Assembly: GCF_964204645.1 (NCBI RefSeq)
Contig: NC_134034.1
Coordinates: 7,948,962-8,012,961 of the forward strand
Reading direction: 5' to 3'
Length of the DNA stretch: 64,000 nucleotides
Origin: Tubulanus polymorphus
Lineage: Eukaryota; Animalia; Nemertea
The position numbers and the translations under genes were made by a program. The notes under the pieces are model-generated. The model was not told the origin of the DNA. It saw only the letters and a list, made by a program, of their open reading frames with translations, and made no database searches. Numbering within the stretch: the first letter of the stretch is position 1; every line of letters starts with the position of its first letter. Of the stretch, positions 43,301-53,999 are shown in pieces.

Positions 43301-46300
43301 GTAAGATTATAATTTAAAACGCTTGGAGAATAAATATTAAGGTAAAATTTACAGGTGACTAAGATTAATTGCAGTCATAAACTTTTCTAAAAGAGTAATT
43401 TTTCAAGTAAGTTACACAATTGTTATTCAATTATACAGGAAAAATATATCAACGCCCTGGTCCTGTTCATTGAAGTTCTAAATGAAAAATTGATTTAATA
43501 AATTCAAATGGATTAGGCTGTGCAATATTTGTTCTAAATTAAGTGTTAGTCATTTATGAGATATGAACTGCTCACTTAAAGTTTAAGTGTCAAGTATTCG
43601 AATGTAGGTAAAAATCCCATTATTGGTAAGAATCCCCAAATCTTCATAGTAGGTAAAAATCCCCGCCTAGTTATCTTTTTAAAAAACATTTCAAAGCAAT
43701 ATGTTTCTACATTCATTTGCAATGAGACGGCATTGTAATTGAACTATGCAATGGATTTTTTCATTGTAATAAATTCTGTAGTAAATTGTTCGAATTGAAG
43801 GAATTTGCAGAATTTATAAGAATGATGAATTTTTCAATCATCTAACAATCGAACTGGATTATTTTTGAACTGTGTACTCTTTTTAACTTATATATTTGGT
43901 GGTATAAGCTGGTATATTTCACTGTGCAATGCCATGAATTATATTAGAAATAGAGAACTTTTAATTTGAAACATTTTAGATTCATGCGTAATATTTCCGA
44001 AATGGGAAATGAACTGTTTCATTAAGCTTCACGAAGTTCTAATTGAGTATTAATGAACTGTTAATTTGTAGTATGTTTTAATTCAAATAGTGTACACAGT
44101 AGAACTCACTCACCTCGGAATTGATCATCTCGGAATTTTGCTTGCATCGGAAAAAAAAAATCATTTTTCATTTGTAACTGTTTTTCAATGAAAAATATGT
44201 GTCTTGCTCGGAATTGCCCTCCTCAAAAACTTGTTTACCTCGGACTGACTACCGTGGGTCATTTTTCTTTGCTCACCTCGGAAAACTTTAGAGACCTTCC
44301 GTGTTTTTTATCCATTGAGACATTTGACTGACGATCTATGCAATATATATATCCCGGCAGTTTATTGATTTTGAAGAGTGTTACCTCTGAAATGAGTTCC
44401 CAAATGATTATCGTGACAAATGGCGCCATCTATTGGAGAAAAAGAAAGTATGTATAACCAGGAAATCAAATCATGTGCGTTTAAAAGGAACTTGGCTGGA
44501 TTAACGTCAAGAAAAGACAAAAAAGTTTTCATTGGTCATTTGTTTTAATATGCCTGATGACATCGGAGTTTATTGCAACGAGACATACTTACATTGAAGC
44601 ATAGAGGAAATTATGTCTTTGAAAATATTCATTTCTGTTTCTGCTCCTACCTCGGAATTCGCCTACCTCGGAAAACATTTTATGGCCTCGAGATCCGAGG
44701 TTAACAAGTTTTACTGTACTATAGTTTGTATGCTCATGATATCCTTATGTTGTCCACAGTAAATAATGATGTATCAATGATATGAATTGATGGACCCTAA
44801 GATTTTATCTACTTAGACCCCATTCATAAGGAGGGTGATTTTTACATACTTTGAAGAATTGGGGACTTTTGCCTACTTCGAAAAATTGGGGGTTTTTGCC
44901 AAGGGGATTTTTACCAATAACCCAAGTATTCACTACCAGGGTTCCTAGCAGGTCTCCCAAGTCGGTATTTATTTTTATATTAAATAAGAAATAGCAAGTA
45001 TTACTTTTGATGTCTATGAAATAAACAAAAAGTCAGTATATTTTTGTATTTTTTTTACATTTTGTGGATGGGTGGATTATCCTCATACATCGTCAATTAA
45101 GACAAACTAACTGACAAGTCAGTGAATTAAAATCTCCTGATGAAGGGCCTCGGCTTATTGGGCGAAGCTTAATAAAAATGAACTTTATATGGGACTCAAA
45201 TTTCGGCGCGACAGTTGTTGTTGGTTTGGCATTTGATTCATTAAAAAAGTCTTGATTTTCACCTTTCAAAGGTTATGATAAGTCTTGATTTTAACCAAGG
45301 CCTGACTATGAACCCTGACTACATTCATCCATTGATAGGTGAAATAACTGCATTGGTTAATACTTAACACTAAATGTCTAAACTGACGAGGCTGATTGAT
45401 AATTAAGAGTTCAATTAGATGCATGAACGACATCTATACAACCTTAGGTTCAGCCAGGACAATGGAATTGTATCTGGAATTTCGTATAGATGATCATATC
45501 TGGTTTTGATGCTTATGGTTATCTTAAGATACAACTTGTTATCAGCATCAATGTTTTTATTGCTCATATTACACTGGAGTAATACCTGTGCCAGTATAAC
45601 AACCTAACCTGAAAGTGGAAGAAGAGTTACCATCCATGTTTTACTGGTATCACGTAAAGAAAATTTGCTCATCATTTTGCATTATTATTCTTATCAATAT
45701 TTCAGCCCACTCACTGTTTCAGGGATTTTCTCTATCGCAGAATTTGTTGATAATAGACAACAAACATAGGAGAACGATGACCACACTCAAACGTGGTGAA
45801 TGGATAATAAGATAAAATCCCACTATTTACAGATTAAAAGAATTTAAAAACCAGAATTTATTTATTAAATCTAAAATATATAAAAGACACGACGTTTCGA
45901 TCTCACCCTAGAGATCATCGTCAGGTGTGAGAAATAGACTAAAAACAGGGGTATATATACATACAGAGGAGGACAAGTTAATTGAGTAAATAATTAGTGT
46001 TTGGCAAGGCATGAAGTAATATACTTAGAAAGAAGGGAATTATGCGGAGAAAAGCCATTATTTAAATTGGTACTAATATCTGAGTGACGAGTAATTAGGG
46101 CAGACTCAACTATGTGGCGTTTAGTTTTGCTGGAAGTATAAATAATTTCGGCTTTATCAAAATTAAAACGATGACCAGTGTTCCAAACGTAATTGGCTAC
46201 GCCACTAGCCGGTTTTTGATTTATTATATCCGAAATTCGAGTTTTTAAATCACGACCAGTTTCGCCAAAGTAAATTTTATCACAGCCAAAACAAGGAATT

Positions 46301-48343
46301 TTGTAAACTCCGCAGTCCAAAGGTTTAGATTGATTGTTTTAACCAAAGTCTTACTAATTTTGTTTTCATACGTGAAAACTGCAAAAGAAGAAATAAAATT
46401 GAGGAGGATTTTCATTTACTGTGCTGAAAATTGTAAGTCGATGTGCGGCATAGTTCGGAGCTGTGATGATAGCGCCCTCGTTTTAGTAACACATGAAGCT
46501 CACCAAAATCAACGAAACTGTTAATCTTTAGATGAAGGATATTCTCTTAATAAAAAAAGATTTGTTTGAAAATATTTGAACTAAAACTAATCATACATAC
46601 GCCCGGGATTATCTTGACGAAAAAAAACGTTTGTATCGTTATGCACATAAATTTTGAACAATTCTAATTCGCATTAAAAACACCATACAGGTCGATTAAT
46701 ATTGCGTAGTATATAGTTGAATTCAAACACTTCATTAGCTGCGGCTTACTTGCTACGATCCTGCTTGTACGTGGGACACTTCTTGTTGACCTCTGCACCT
46801 TTTTAGCGCTACTGCTTGACGCTAAGGTTAATGATGAGATGGTTACATAGTAGGGTAGCAATACGCCGCAGGCTTTCTCATACAGTGTGGTTCATGTTCA
46901 TGTTCAAATTTATTTCACGGAAAGCATGACAGGCTATTTACACAGGTAGAGAGAAAAAACAAACAATAAAATTTAGAATTTTTAAAAAAGCACAATTAAA
47001 AAAAGAGACAAGCTTTCTGTGTAGGCCAAGTAAAGCCTTCTACAGTGCGGTTAGAATAATACTACAAGGGAACGCGGACTGTCGCGTCTGTCCGGCGAAT
47101 GAATATTGCTCACACGCACATATTGTCATGTCGAAGTGACCTTCTGTAGATTGAGAAAAGATAGAGAATTCATTGAAATGTCAAACTTATTGCTTACCGC
47201 CACGCAGAAAGAATCTTTTTAGTTGTAAAATGTTATCTATATCTGTTCATTTCTAAAACTGTCGGGTCTGATATAGTAAAATGTCTTTGTTCATGGTTGA
47301 AAAAAGTAATGTACAGGGTAGATAGGTGGCCGGCTACAACTTTTAAGCTCAGCAATGAGTGGAGAGACAAGGTATCAATTTTTTAGCCTTAGATCTTAGC
47401 TTTTAATCCTGAAAATCCGGACAGAGTTTGTATGGAACTTAGAATACTTTCTCATCTCCCGATACAGCTAGATTTGATTTTAGCTTCAGCAACAAAAATA
47501 TAAATATGACATCTGAGATGCTTTTGATTTAATGAAACCTTATAATTTAGTAGGTGGCTTATAATTTATAATGATTGTATGTATTTGATTTCAAAATCTT
47601 TTAGGCCTACTTAAAATGTGTTACGTTCCTTCTCTTCCTTGTATAAACATCTGTTTGTTATTTAAAATGTAATTACCTTATACTTTTATGACATGCAATT
47701 CCTTTTATGTCAAGTATAAGCTGATAGAGCACCTTACTACCAATGTATGGTCTAGTATGGTGGATATGATTAACTCCTTCAATTCACTAACTTCAAAAAA
47801 TTCACTAATATAACTTTTCATCAAAAGTCCCGCTTTTTTTCATAATCCCTGGTTTTCATCCCTGATACCCATTACCATAGACGCCGTCTATCTGCTGAAA
47901 TCGAATTTAAAACATTTTAGCGATAAATGAGTCAAATTGTTATACAAACATATTGATTTTGCATTCATATGGGAGAGGCGGTGTTAAGGTAGGATAAGGA
48001 TAATAAGCAAGTCTATAAAAACAAATTGCAACAGTCAATTGAAATATTGCCTAGTTGCAGCTGTGTGTACAATTTCGAGGTCATAGCTAAGGCAAACATT
48101 ATTTCCATTTAGTATTATCAAATCCGATCATTTCTTTATCATCTTTTATCAATTTTCATACAATTTATTGTGTATTTATTACAGGGTCCAACGCCAACCA
48201 TTGCGACAACTCCTGCGAGCAGTTACTTATACCATCAGTCCATACAGCCTGGTTTATCTCCAGAGCAGTTAATGTATGCCCAACCACCACCCCAAGCCTA
48301 CCAGCCATCAGACCTCAGCGAAGCAGCTCTCATGGATACTGAG
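10152..48343 (+). CDS. boule: Boule (DAZ-family RRM RNA-binding protein), spliced CDS, 3' incomplete: join(10152..10154,29619..29723,29811..29902,31069..31126,31351..31410,36063..36081,37538..37650,38014..38091,39918..39998,48185..48343)
   Basis: Joined exons give 768 nt in one open frame: MSSSGEVSPSSTPAQNAPKFGTLIPNRIFVGGIAANTNETELKNFFASYGKVKDSKIISDRAGVSKGYGFITFETPEDAEKIIEKEANNLVFKDRKLNIGKAIRKQ... It shows the Boule signature PNRIFVGG (RNP2), DRAGVSKGYGFITF (RNP1) and KLNIGxAIRKQ. All introns are GT-AG with compatible phases. Confidence 0.93.
10497..11982. mobile_element. Foldback/MITE-like palindromic element (outer)
   Basis: ctaatgtctatttcaacctgacttgagagca at 10497 is mirrored ending at 11982. 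Further mirrored arms at 10758-10832/11836-11907 and a central hairpin at 11627-11835. A solo copy of the end lies at 16984-17056. Confidence 0.8.
10843..11626. mobile_element. MITE with ~265-bp TIRs and 8-bp TSD (P- or hAT-like)
   Basis: CACAGGGG...CCCCTGTG termini; arms 10843-11108 and 11353-11626; TATTGAAG duplicated at 10835-10842 and 11627-11634. Confidence 0.88.
13690..13935. repeat. Degenerate (GA)n/(GACA)n simple repeat
   Basis: gagaga and gacaggtaaacaggcagacag units. Confidence 0.7.
14050..14815. repeat. GC-rich tandem repeat, ~340-380-bp period, about 2 units
   Basis: gggtcta(g/t)gg(c/t)cc..ttt at ~14083, ~14418 and ~14798; tttcagagccctagg-like subunits recur, also near 15740. Confidence 0.65.
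18085..18338. repeat. Minisatellite, ~50-54-bp unit x5
   Basis: Repeated gggctgggt(at)gtgcgtggattaccct..atacaaagtggctgggatcgag. Confidence 0.85.
18903..19130 (+). mobile_element. HINE/Helentron-like family A, 5' fragment
   Basis: ttttagctccgctgtgacaaggtcagcggagct hairpin plus (cgtc)n, matching the element starting at 22161. Confidence 0.75.
19250..25453 (+). mobile_element. CR1-group LINE (Crack/Daphne-like), near full length and degraded, in sense orientation within boule intron 1
   Basis: ORF1 remnants with three CCHC-like knuckles (19828-19990) and an SGNH esterase (GDSN, GTND, DxxGVH; 20017-20796). ORF2 APE (LTETW, GDFN, SDH) and RT (NYRPLS, DLSKAFD, GVPQGSILGP, LFADDTN). AATAAA at 25435 with a TTTCAA repeat tail. 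The 5' boundary is approximate. Confidence 0.9.
22161..23634 (+). mobile_element. HINE/Helentron-like family A, complete, inserted in LINE ORF2
   Basis: Subterminal IR agctcggctgtg/cacagcggagct, (cgtc)n, about six ~146-bp tandem units, 3' hairpin agccgataggct. Removing it restores ...EKHFS-YLNRPNN... at a TT site. Confidence 0.88.
25707..26885 (+). mobile_element. HINE-like family C, copy 1
   Basis: Subterminal IR ggtttacctt/aaggtaaacc, then the 3' palindrome ttgcccatgggcaa; collinear with 61417-62521. Confidence 0.8.
28487..28614. repeat. Short palindromic element; left arm duplicated at ~28177-28255
   Basis: ccaagtcgagaatgaccagtaggac pairs with gtcccctggtcattccagacttgg; outer gatttctggatg pairs with catccagaaatc. 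Confidence 0.7.
29619..29723 (+). CDS. boule: boule exon 2 (SSSGEVSP...PNRIFVGGIAAN)
   Basis: Pyrimidine tract + CAG acceptor, GTGAGT donor, RNP2 motif. Confidence 0.95.
29811..29902 (+). CDS. boule: boule exon 3 (TNETELKNFF...DRAGVSKG)
   Basis: ttttcag acceptor, GTAAGG donor, 92 nt, RRM core. Confidence 0.95.
31069..31126 (+). CDS. boule: boule exon 4 (YGFITFETPEDAEKIIEKE)
   Basis: ttttag acceptor, GTAAAG donor; completes RNP1 across a phase-2 intron. Confidence 0.95.
31351..31410 (+). CDS. boule: boule exon 5 (ANNLVFKDRKLNIGKAIRKQ)
   Basis: Strong pyrimidine tract + CAG, GT donor; RRM C-terminal motif. Confidence 0.95.
35309..35620 (+). mobile_element. HINE family A fragment with expanded (TTCG)n microsatellite (35362-35444)
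   Basis: Same 5' hairpin and core as 18903 and 22161. Confidence 0.8.
36063..36081 (+). CDS. boule: boule exon 6, 19-nt micro-exon (PAFARP)
   Basis: ttcttatctttgcag acceptor and GTGAGA donor; supplies the phase 0 to phase 1 change needed for exon 7. Confidence 0.8.
36140..36575. repeat. Degenerate palindromic MITE just downstream of the micro-exon
   Basis: agctcaggtcgac/gtcaacctgagct and ccgatcatctcgtcgtaag/cttacgatgagatgatcgg mirrored arms. Confidence 0.55.
37538..37650 (+). CDS. boule: boule exon 7 (EASFSPVLFTNGIQYSYHNGLAIFQ...AQPT)
   Basis: atttcag acceptor, GTAAGT donor; YSYHNGLAIF resembles the YTYHNGVAYF motif of Boule proteins. Confidence 0.9.
38014..38091 (+). CDS. boule: boule exon 8 (PQYPAVMVPQPMYVTQPQYSTYQTQA), DAZ-repeat-like
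   Basis: Pyrimidine tract + CAG, GTAAGT donor; P/Q/Y-rich, phase 0-0. Confidence 0.88.
39918..39998 (+). CDS. boule: boule exon 9 (ATAVQQNWTT-A9-NQWRWTPQ)
   Basis: ttttag acceptor, GTGAGA donor, phase 0-0, polyalanine tract. Confidence 0.82.
41151..43243. mobile_element. hAT-like MITE (CAGGGATGAAAA TIR) interrupted by HINE B
   Basis: TIRs at 41151 and 43232-43243; sister copy at 54000-54636; additional ends at ~47853-47864 and 54827. Confidence 0.75.
41208..42619 (+). mobile_element. HINE/Helentron-like family B, copy 1
   Basis: Subterminal IR gcccacttggga/tcccaagtgggc, (cgtc)n, about five ~154-bp tandem units, 3' hairpin ggtgtccctggaccc; collinear with 48930-50356. Confidence 0.88.
43605..44923. 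mobile_element. MITE with repetitive ggtaaaaatcccc TIRs
   Basis: Left subrepeats at 43605-43665 are mirrored at 44860-44923. Confidence 0.6.
44097..44716. mobile_element. Tc1/mariner(pogo)-like MITE nested in the previous element
   Basis: CAGTAGAACTC...cctcgga / tccgagg...GTTTTACTG termini, TA on the right flank, internal cctcgga subrepeats. Confidence 0.65.
45840..46397 (-). mobile_element. Penelope-like element 3' fragment (Penelope/Poseidon-type GIY-YIG + 3' pLTR)
   Basis: CGVYKIPCFGCDKIYFGETGRDLKTRI...HRFNF...RHIVES..NLNNG, followed by a hammerhead motif and AATAAA. Confidence 0.88.
45887..45928 (-). ncRNA. Minimal type I hammerhead ribozyme
   Basis: Minus strand reads ACAC-CUGACGA-U-GAUCUC-UAGGGU-GAGAUC-GAAAC-GUC-GUGU: complete core, 6-bp stem II, 4-bp stem I, palindromic ACGU stem III, GUC cleavage triplet. 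Confidence 0.88.
46398..47795 (+). mobile_element. HINE-like family D, internal copy lacking termini
   Basis: Collinear with ~56540-57820. Confidence 0.8.
46893..47040 (-). mobile_element. Short 5'-truncated retroposon end inside the family D copy
   Basis: (TGAACA)n tail plus AATAAA on the minus strand; flanked by 12-bp direct repeats tacagtg(t/c)ggtt (46881 and 47041); absent from the 57-kb copy. Confidence 0.7.
48185..48343 (+). CDS. boule: boule exon 10 (GPTPTIATTPASSYLYHQ...AALMDTE)
   Basis: tttattacag acceptor, GTACGA donor; P/Q/Y-rich, in frame. Confidence 0.82.
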
Positions 48344-48929
48344 GTACGATCCTACATTTAATCTCACACCCTACTGACTAACTGAAGGTAACAATCTTAA
48401 CAGTTTGATATTTCAATTTTAAATGACTTTTAAACAATTCAACATTTACCCCCGTATATAACATGGTACTGAGATTCTAAAGTGGCCATGAAATCTGATG
48501 CAGATAATCGTATGACACAGAATTAAAGAAAAAAGTTGTCTATATTCTAAATAGGGTAATAGATAAAAACGGCGTTCACACAAGTATTTCAGTACAGTAC
48601 TAAGTGTTCACATAATTAGATTATTCAAGGCTTATTTGTGACTTCAGGATGGTGCCAAAATAGTATTGGCAAGTGTGGAAAGGGATTCTGTGCTGATAAC
48701 TTGATATGGCACTTGTTATGGCCTTGTACAAAACAATGAAGATGAACTTTTGGCCACTTGATTTGATACTCAAATCAATAGATAGTATAGCTAAGTGTAC
48801 ACAAAATTGACATTTCAAACTCGACAGTAGAGCAAGATAGCAGAAATTTGCATAGCATGGAAATCCCATATTCATATATAAAATGACTAATGTGCAGACA
48901 ACGATGTATTGTAAATAGCCATTGATATA

Positions 48930-50356
48930 TTTTTAGCCCACTTGGGACTTTAGTCCCAGCGGGCTATTGCGTTCACTTTTCGTCCGTCGTCCGTCCGTTC
49001 GTCCGTCCATAGACGGAATCCAGTTATTTTGGGAAGTTTTGAAGACGCTTCAAGTTAATGTCTTGATATTTGGTTTATAAATGTATCTACACTAGACACA
49101 TCTTCAGCCCAAAAACTGGCCCTGTCAGATTCAAGATGGCTGACTGGCAGCCATTATTGTTCGCCAAAATCAACACTTTTTACACATTTTCAAAGTTTTC
49201 GAGGGAAATTTTGAAGACGCTTTGATCAATTACCTTGATCTTTCGTTTATATTTGAATCTACCAAGGGCCCATCAGCATAAGAAAAATTGGGTCGATCTG
49301 ACTCAAGATGGCCGTCCTATGACCTTTTAGTGCCCAAAAATGTCGATTTTTGCCAGATTTCTAGGTCCTGTAGCTTCCTACTGGTTTGCCATTTCTCATT
49401 GCAATTTGTGATGGGTATTCTTTGGAAAGGGATGTTTTATACCTGAGACAGGTATTTTTGATCAGCCAATAATGACGCAATTGGCGGCCATCTTAGTGAC
49501 ATCAGTACTCATTCGTAGGTGGGAAAAAGTTTTTCCACATTAAATTGATACCTTAGCATATTGTGTTACTAAATTCGATTACAAAGTTGTAGCCCATAAC
49601 GTGTTCTATAATTTTGGTGAGTTTCAAGGCCATTGGTTTTTGTATGTGGCCACCAAGGGGCGTTGAATAATACAATAACCTAGTATTTCTATATTATATT
49701 TGTACCTATGCATATTTTGTTACCACAATCAATTGCAAAGTTGAAGCTCATGACATCTTCCATGATTTTGGTGAGTTTTAAGGACATTAGTTATTCTATT
49801 TGGTCACCAGGGGGCATTGAATAGTAGAATAACTTTGTATTTCCTTATTAGATTGGTACCTAGGCATATTTTGTTACCATGATCAATTGCAAAGTTGTAG
49901 TTCATGACATCGTCTTTGATTGTGGTGAGTTTTTAATAACATTAGTTGTTCCATATAGTCACCAGGGGGAGTTGAATAGTAGAATAGCTTACTATTTCCT
50001 TATTAGGTTGGTACCTAGGCATATTTTGTTACCATGATCAATTGCAAAGTTGTATTTCATGACATGTACTACGATTGTGGTGAGTTTTAAGGGCATTGGG
50101 TTTTGCATATGGTCACCAGGGGGCGTTGAATAGTGGAATAACTTAGTATTTCCATATTTAATTGGTAACGAGGCATATTTTGTTATCACAATCAATTACA
50201 AAACTATAGCTGCTGACATATTCTATGATTTTGGTGGGTTTCAAGGTCATTGGTTTTGTATATGGTCACTTGGGGGCGTTATGTATTGAAATTGTTAGAT
50301 TGTTGAGCATTTGAAACCACTTCCCAAGTGGGCATGGTGTCCCTGGACCCCTAGTT
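48930..50356 (+). mobile_element. HINE/Helentron-like family B, copy 2
   Basis: Collinear with 41208-42619, with the same termini. Confidence 0.88.
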
Positions 50357-53060
50357 GTAATGACCGCTACTTTAGCTCAGAATCTTGTGTGAACGCCACT
50401 ACAAATGATTTGGAATCGTCTTCAATTAAAGACACTTGGTGACTAACTACTGTCTCCAATGGAATACCGGCTAGGCTACTGAGGGAAGCGAGGATTCAGT
50501 GATTATCCGTTAGGATCGCTAGTGGCACTTGGTTACTTTGCTTCAATTTCTTGTACATTTCAATTGAATTCCAATTACTAAATCAATTTTCAGTGAAATC
50601 AATACCATACACTGAATGAGCAAGGGAATCTTATATCTATTCGATGACTCATTTGATAATTATCGGATTTTGAAGCCAAAGAAATCAAGTTCAAACTTCA
50701 TTAAAAATGAACTGATTTTCACCGCGAATAACCCATACACGGTCTCTACCTGGGCAAGCGGTCCTTCGAGAGCTGCACCTACTATTGTATGTTTTTATCG
50801 ATGTGGAGGTCTGTTCCACTACTGAAAAAGCACCACCAGTCACTAATCATATACACAGGATTCAACCATGATTTAGAAAATTCCAATATTTTGGGAAAAC
50901 ATGAATTGATGTTTGGATAATTTGAACAAGAGGGTTTGTCTCACACTAAACATGGAGGTAATAGGGTTGCCACAAAATGTTCAGCATGGTATGTTTCAAC
51001 GTGTAAAAATGGTAGTAAGAATGGATGAAAATTGAATCAAATCCCAAAACATCTATGCCAATAAGTGCAAGTGATTTTGATGTGGTTCTTTCCAAATATT
51101 CAGACCTTGAAAATAGGAATAATTTTTGGAACTTTAGAACACTTACTCATTAAATTCATTTGATAATCAAAGCTAGAATTTACAGTGCCCAACACTATCC
51201 TCTTAATTCCACTGATTTGAAATGCACAAGGTTAGTGTATGTTTTTTTTAAATCTGCATTTTGTAATAATCACAAATTGTTCTCCATGAATTTGGCTATA
51301 CTCATGATACTTATGATATTGAATTTACTTATTGAAATAAAGAACAATAGATAAAAGTTAAGTTTTATTTGGCGGTCAAAACATGCTCTTCTTTCCTCAG
51401 TTAGAGACCGAGGGGTGTTCAATTGTGAAGATTTATAAATTGAAAGATATTTAAGTAAATCTTTGCTTGCATTCTTCCAGATATCATTCTCTTAAGATCA
51501 ACACTGGTGCGAGACTTTCTGAAACATTGTATACCTTTGTGAATTTCAGTGCTATAAACAACGCAGGTAACAGAGGCAGGTAGCATTGTTGGCCTCTGTT
51601 GTTGTAATTGGAAACATAGAACATAAAACAATCACCACTTCCTCACCCGAAATCTGTGGCGGGTAAATACTCTACAGTCAGTCAGTCAGTCACTGTTAAA
51701 TTCAAAAGTGTTTTGTTTTCTTTTACGTTTATGACCAATATTTCTCCTTTTCCGTAATAAAATGCATGCTGTTCTTGTTATACACATTTCTGTCTGACAA
51801 AGTAGAGGAAACAGTGTGTTACTATTTTTATGAATGATTTTTGTATAATACAATTAACCATAGATTTGATTTATGAATTAAAATTATTTTAGAGTTGCAA
51901 TTTTTCAATTTAATTGTAATATGATTAATGTTATATCACAAACAATGCACGCAGACACCACCAGTTAGTATCATATGAATTTTTTGGATTTTAAGCAAGA
52001 TAAAAGTATGTCCTTGAATAGTTGCTATTTTCATGCCATCTGTATTGATAGTCTTAGTATATATAGCTTTAATGATAGAGTATTACTCGAGAGCGGGAAT
52101 ATGTGGAAGAACCTTCCTCGAAAATGCAGGCATGGGAATCATTGGCCTCCTGTGGCTGATTTTAGTTCATTCCTGATTCATTCCTAGATACAAATTTGCA
52201 AAATATGGATCTGTTAGTGTAAGTTTGATCGTCAGACTCGCTTGTGCACCACAAATGTATAGTTCTCTTGTTTACACTTAACGTTTATCAGCGAATGAGC
52301 TAGCAGTGTTAGGTGATCATTTTTAGAATGGTTCTGGACTTATTATTACTTAACATAGAAAATTCATAAATGACAGGATACCTCTCAATTCCAACCTTGT
52401 TCAGGTTTTTAGTAACATTAGTATTTTGTTTGAGATAGATTTCTGGTTATCTTGGGCAGCTAAATTACAAAATGCTGCAAAATTCCCTAGGCCGAGCTTA
52501 TTACTATTCAAATGGAGCAAATTTAAATGACATTGTTTCCAGAGGAAAGGTCCTTTCACTCTGCAACTGATCATATATTTATATACAAATCATTCATTTT
52601 GAAAAATTTACATGAGTTTTTTCGCGAAAATCTGAACGCAAAAATATCAGTTTTAAAAAGGCAATCAGTAAGCAATTTCTCCTCTATGATTGGCTTAGCC
52701 GCAGAAATCAGCAGGTGTTCACGTGAACCAACGGTTTCATCTACTGTTTTACTTCTGGGTTTTATATTAAGATTAATATTGTATTTCAAAGATCAATTTC
52801 TGTGAAATCGTAAGTTGATTTGGGTTTTGGGAGGGATATTTTTATGTCGGAAAAAATAGCTTTTTCTCAAATTCGATGGATAACCTTGATTAGCCATGTA
52901 CTCCCAAATTTTATTCTTAAAAAACCAAATCCAATGCAATATTATTTTATTTAACAAACATCAAATCAAATTTAATTCTATTCCGCATTTAAATCGATAA
53001 GTCCATGGGAAAAGATAGATTTCAGGAATTTGTCCCTGCCATCTCTATCTGTGCTACTTA

Positions 53061-53466
53061 TGTAACAGGAAGAAACATCTGTCCTTCCCGAGACTCTCGA
53101 TGCCTGGCGTCCAAGGCAGATGCTCTACCGCTGAGCCAGAAGGAATATTCCCGCTAGCTGAGCTAGTAGAAGCGCTTTTATACACCCTGTCACACTCACC
53201 CCCTTCTTGGAAAGACACGTCGTCGTGTTGTGATTCACTTAGGTGATTGACATTACCACTCATGACGACTGTGGGACGACATGAACTTGGACCCAGGGAT
53301 ATCACAGAGACGGACGAGCCCCCAAATGTAACAGGAAGAAACATCTGTCCTTCCCGAGATTCGAACTCTTGATGCCTGGCGTCCAAGGCAGACGCTCTAC
53401 CGCTGAGCCAAAGGAAATATTCCCGCTAGCTGAGCTAGTAAGGACGCTTTTATACACCCTGTCACA
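53061..53466 (-). mobile_element. TRIM (miniature LTR retrotransposon) with tRNA-like LTRs, Helenus-type
   Basis: Two TG...CA LTRs (53327-53466 and 53061-53194), PBS TGGGGGCTCGTCCG (53311-53324), PPT AAGAAGGGGGTGAG (53195-53208), CTTA TSD (53057-53060 and 53467-53470), A/B boxes in the LTR. Confidence 0.92.
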
Positions 53467-53999
53467 CTTATGAAACATGATTATGTAAATTATATTGAGG
53501 GGGGAGAGTATTTTGACAAATATAACCTTCTGATTGCATCACTTGCCATTTATGAAAAGCTGACGCCTTGGGGCTCTTGTTTGTAGGTCTTTTTCTGATG
53601 TTTATAGGTTTTGATTCCATTCCCCCCTTAACCTAATAACGATAGCAAATAGTTACACCATTATCATGCCCATAATTGCATAGTTTTGTCATAGGTCTAG
53701 AACACAATTATTTCATTTGGCCCTGATACAGAGAAAGTTTTCATGATCGTTCAGGCCTCAAGTAGATAGTTGTAATGATTTTGGTTGATTTTGATCCTGT
53801 ATTAACATGACACTATTTTTCAGTTAAATCTACCAACTTGATTAAGATTTACTGTAAAAGTATGAGACATTTCTAATTGCTAATGGACTATTGATATAAT
53901 GGTCCAAAAAGTTATTTCATTGTACTTTTGCTCATTAGTTATGTGGTCGATGAGAAAGGGCTCAGCAATCCCGTAGTGATACATACCCACTTACATTAG

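Noticed and set aside
45130-45176. Possible second hammerhead (CTGATGA...GGC-GAAG-CTT)
   Set aside because: The GAAA core reads GAAG and no stem I partner follows; at best a decayed remnant.
53054-53386. 110-aa ORF
   Set aside because: Incidental reading through the TRIM LTRs; no recognisable domain.
53348-53416. Functional tRNA-Pro gene
   Set aside because: Acceptor, anticodon and T stems are imperfect and the sequence is embedded in an LTR.
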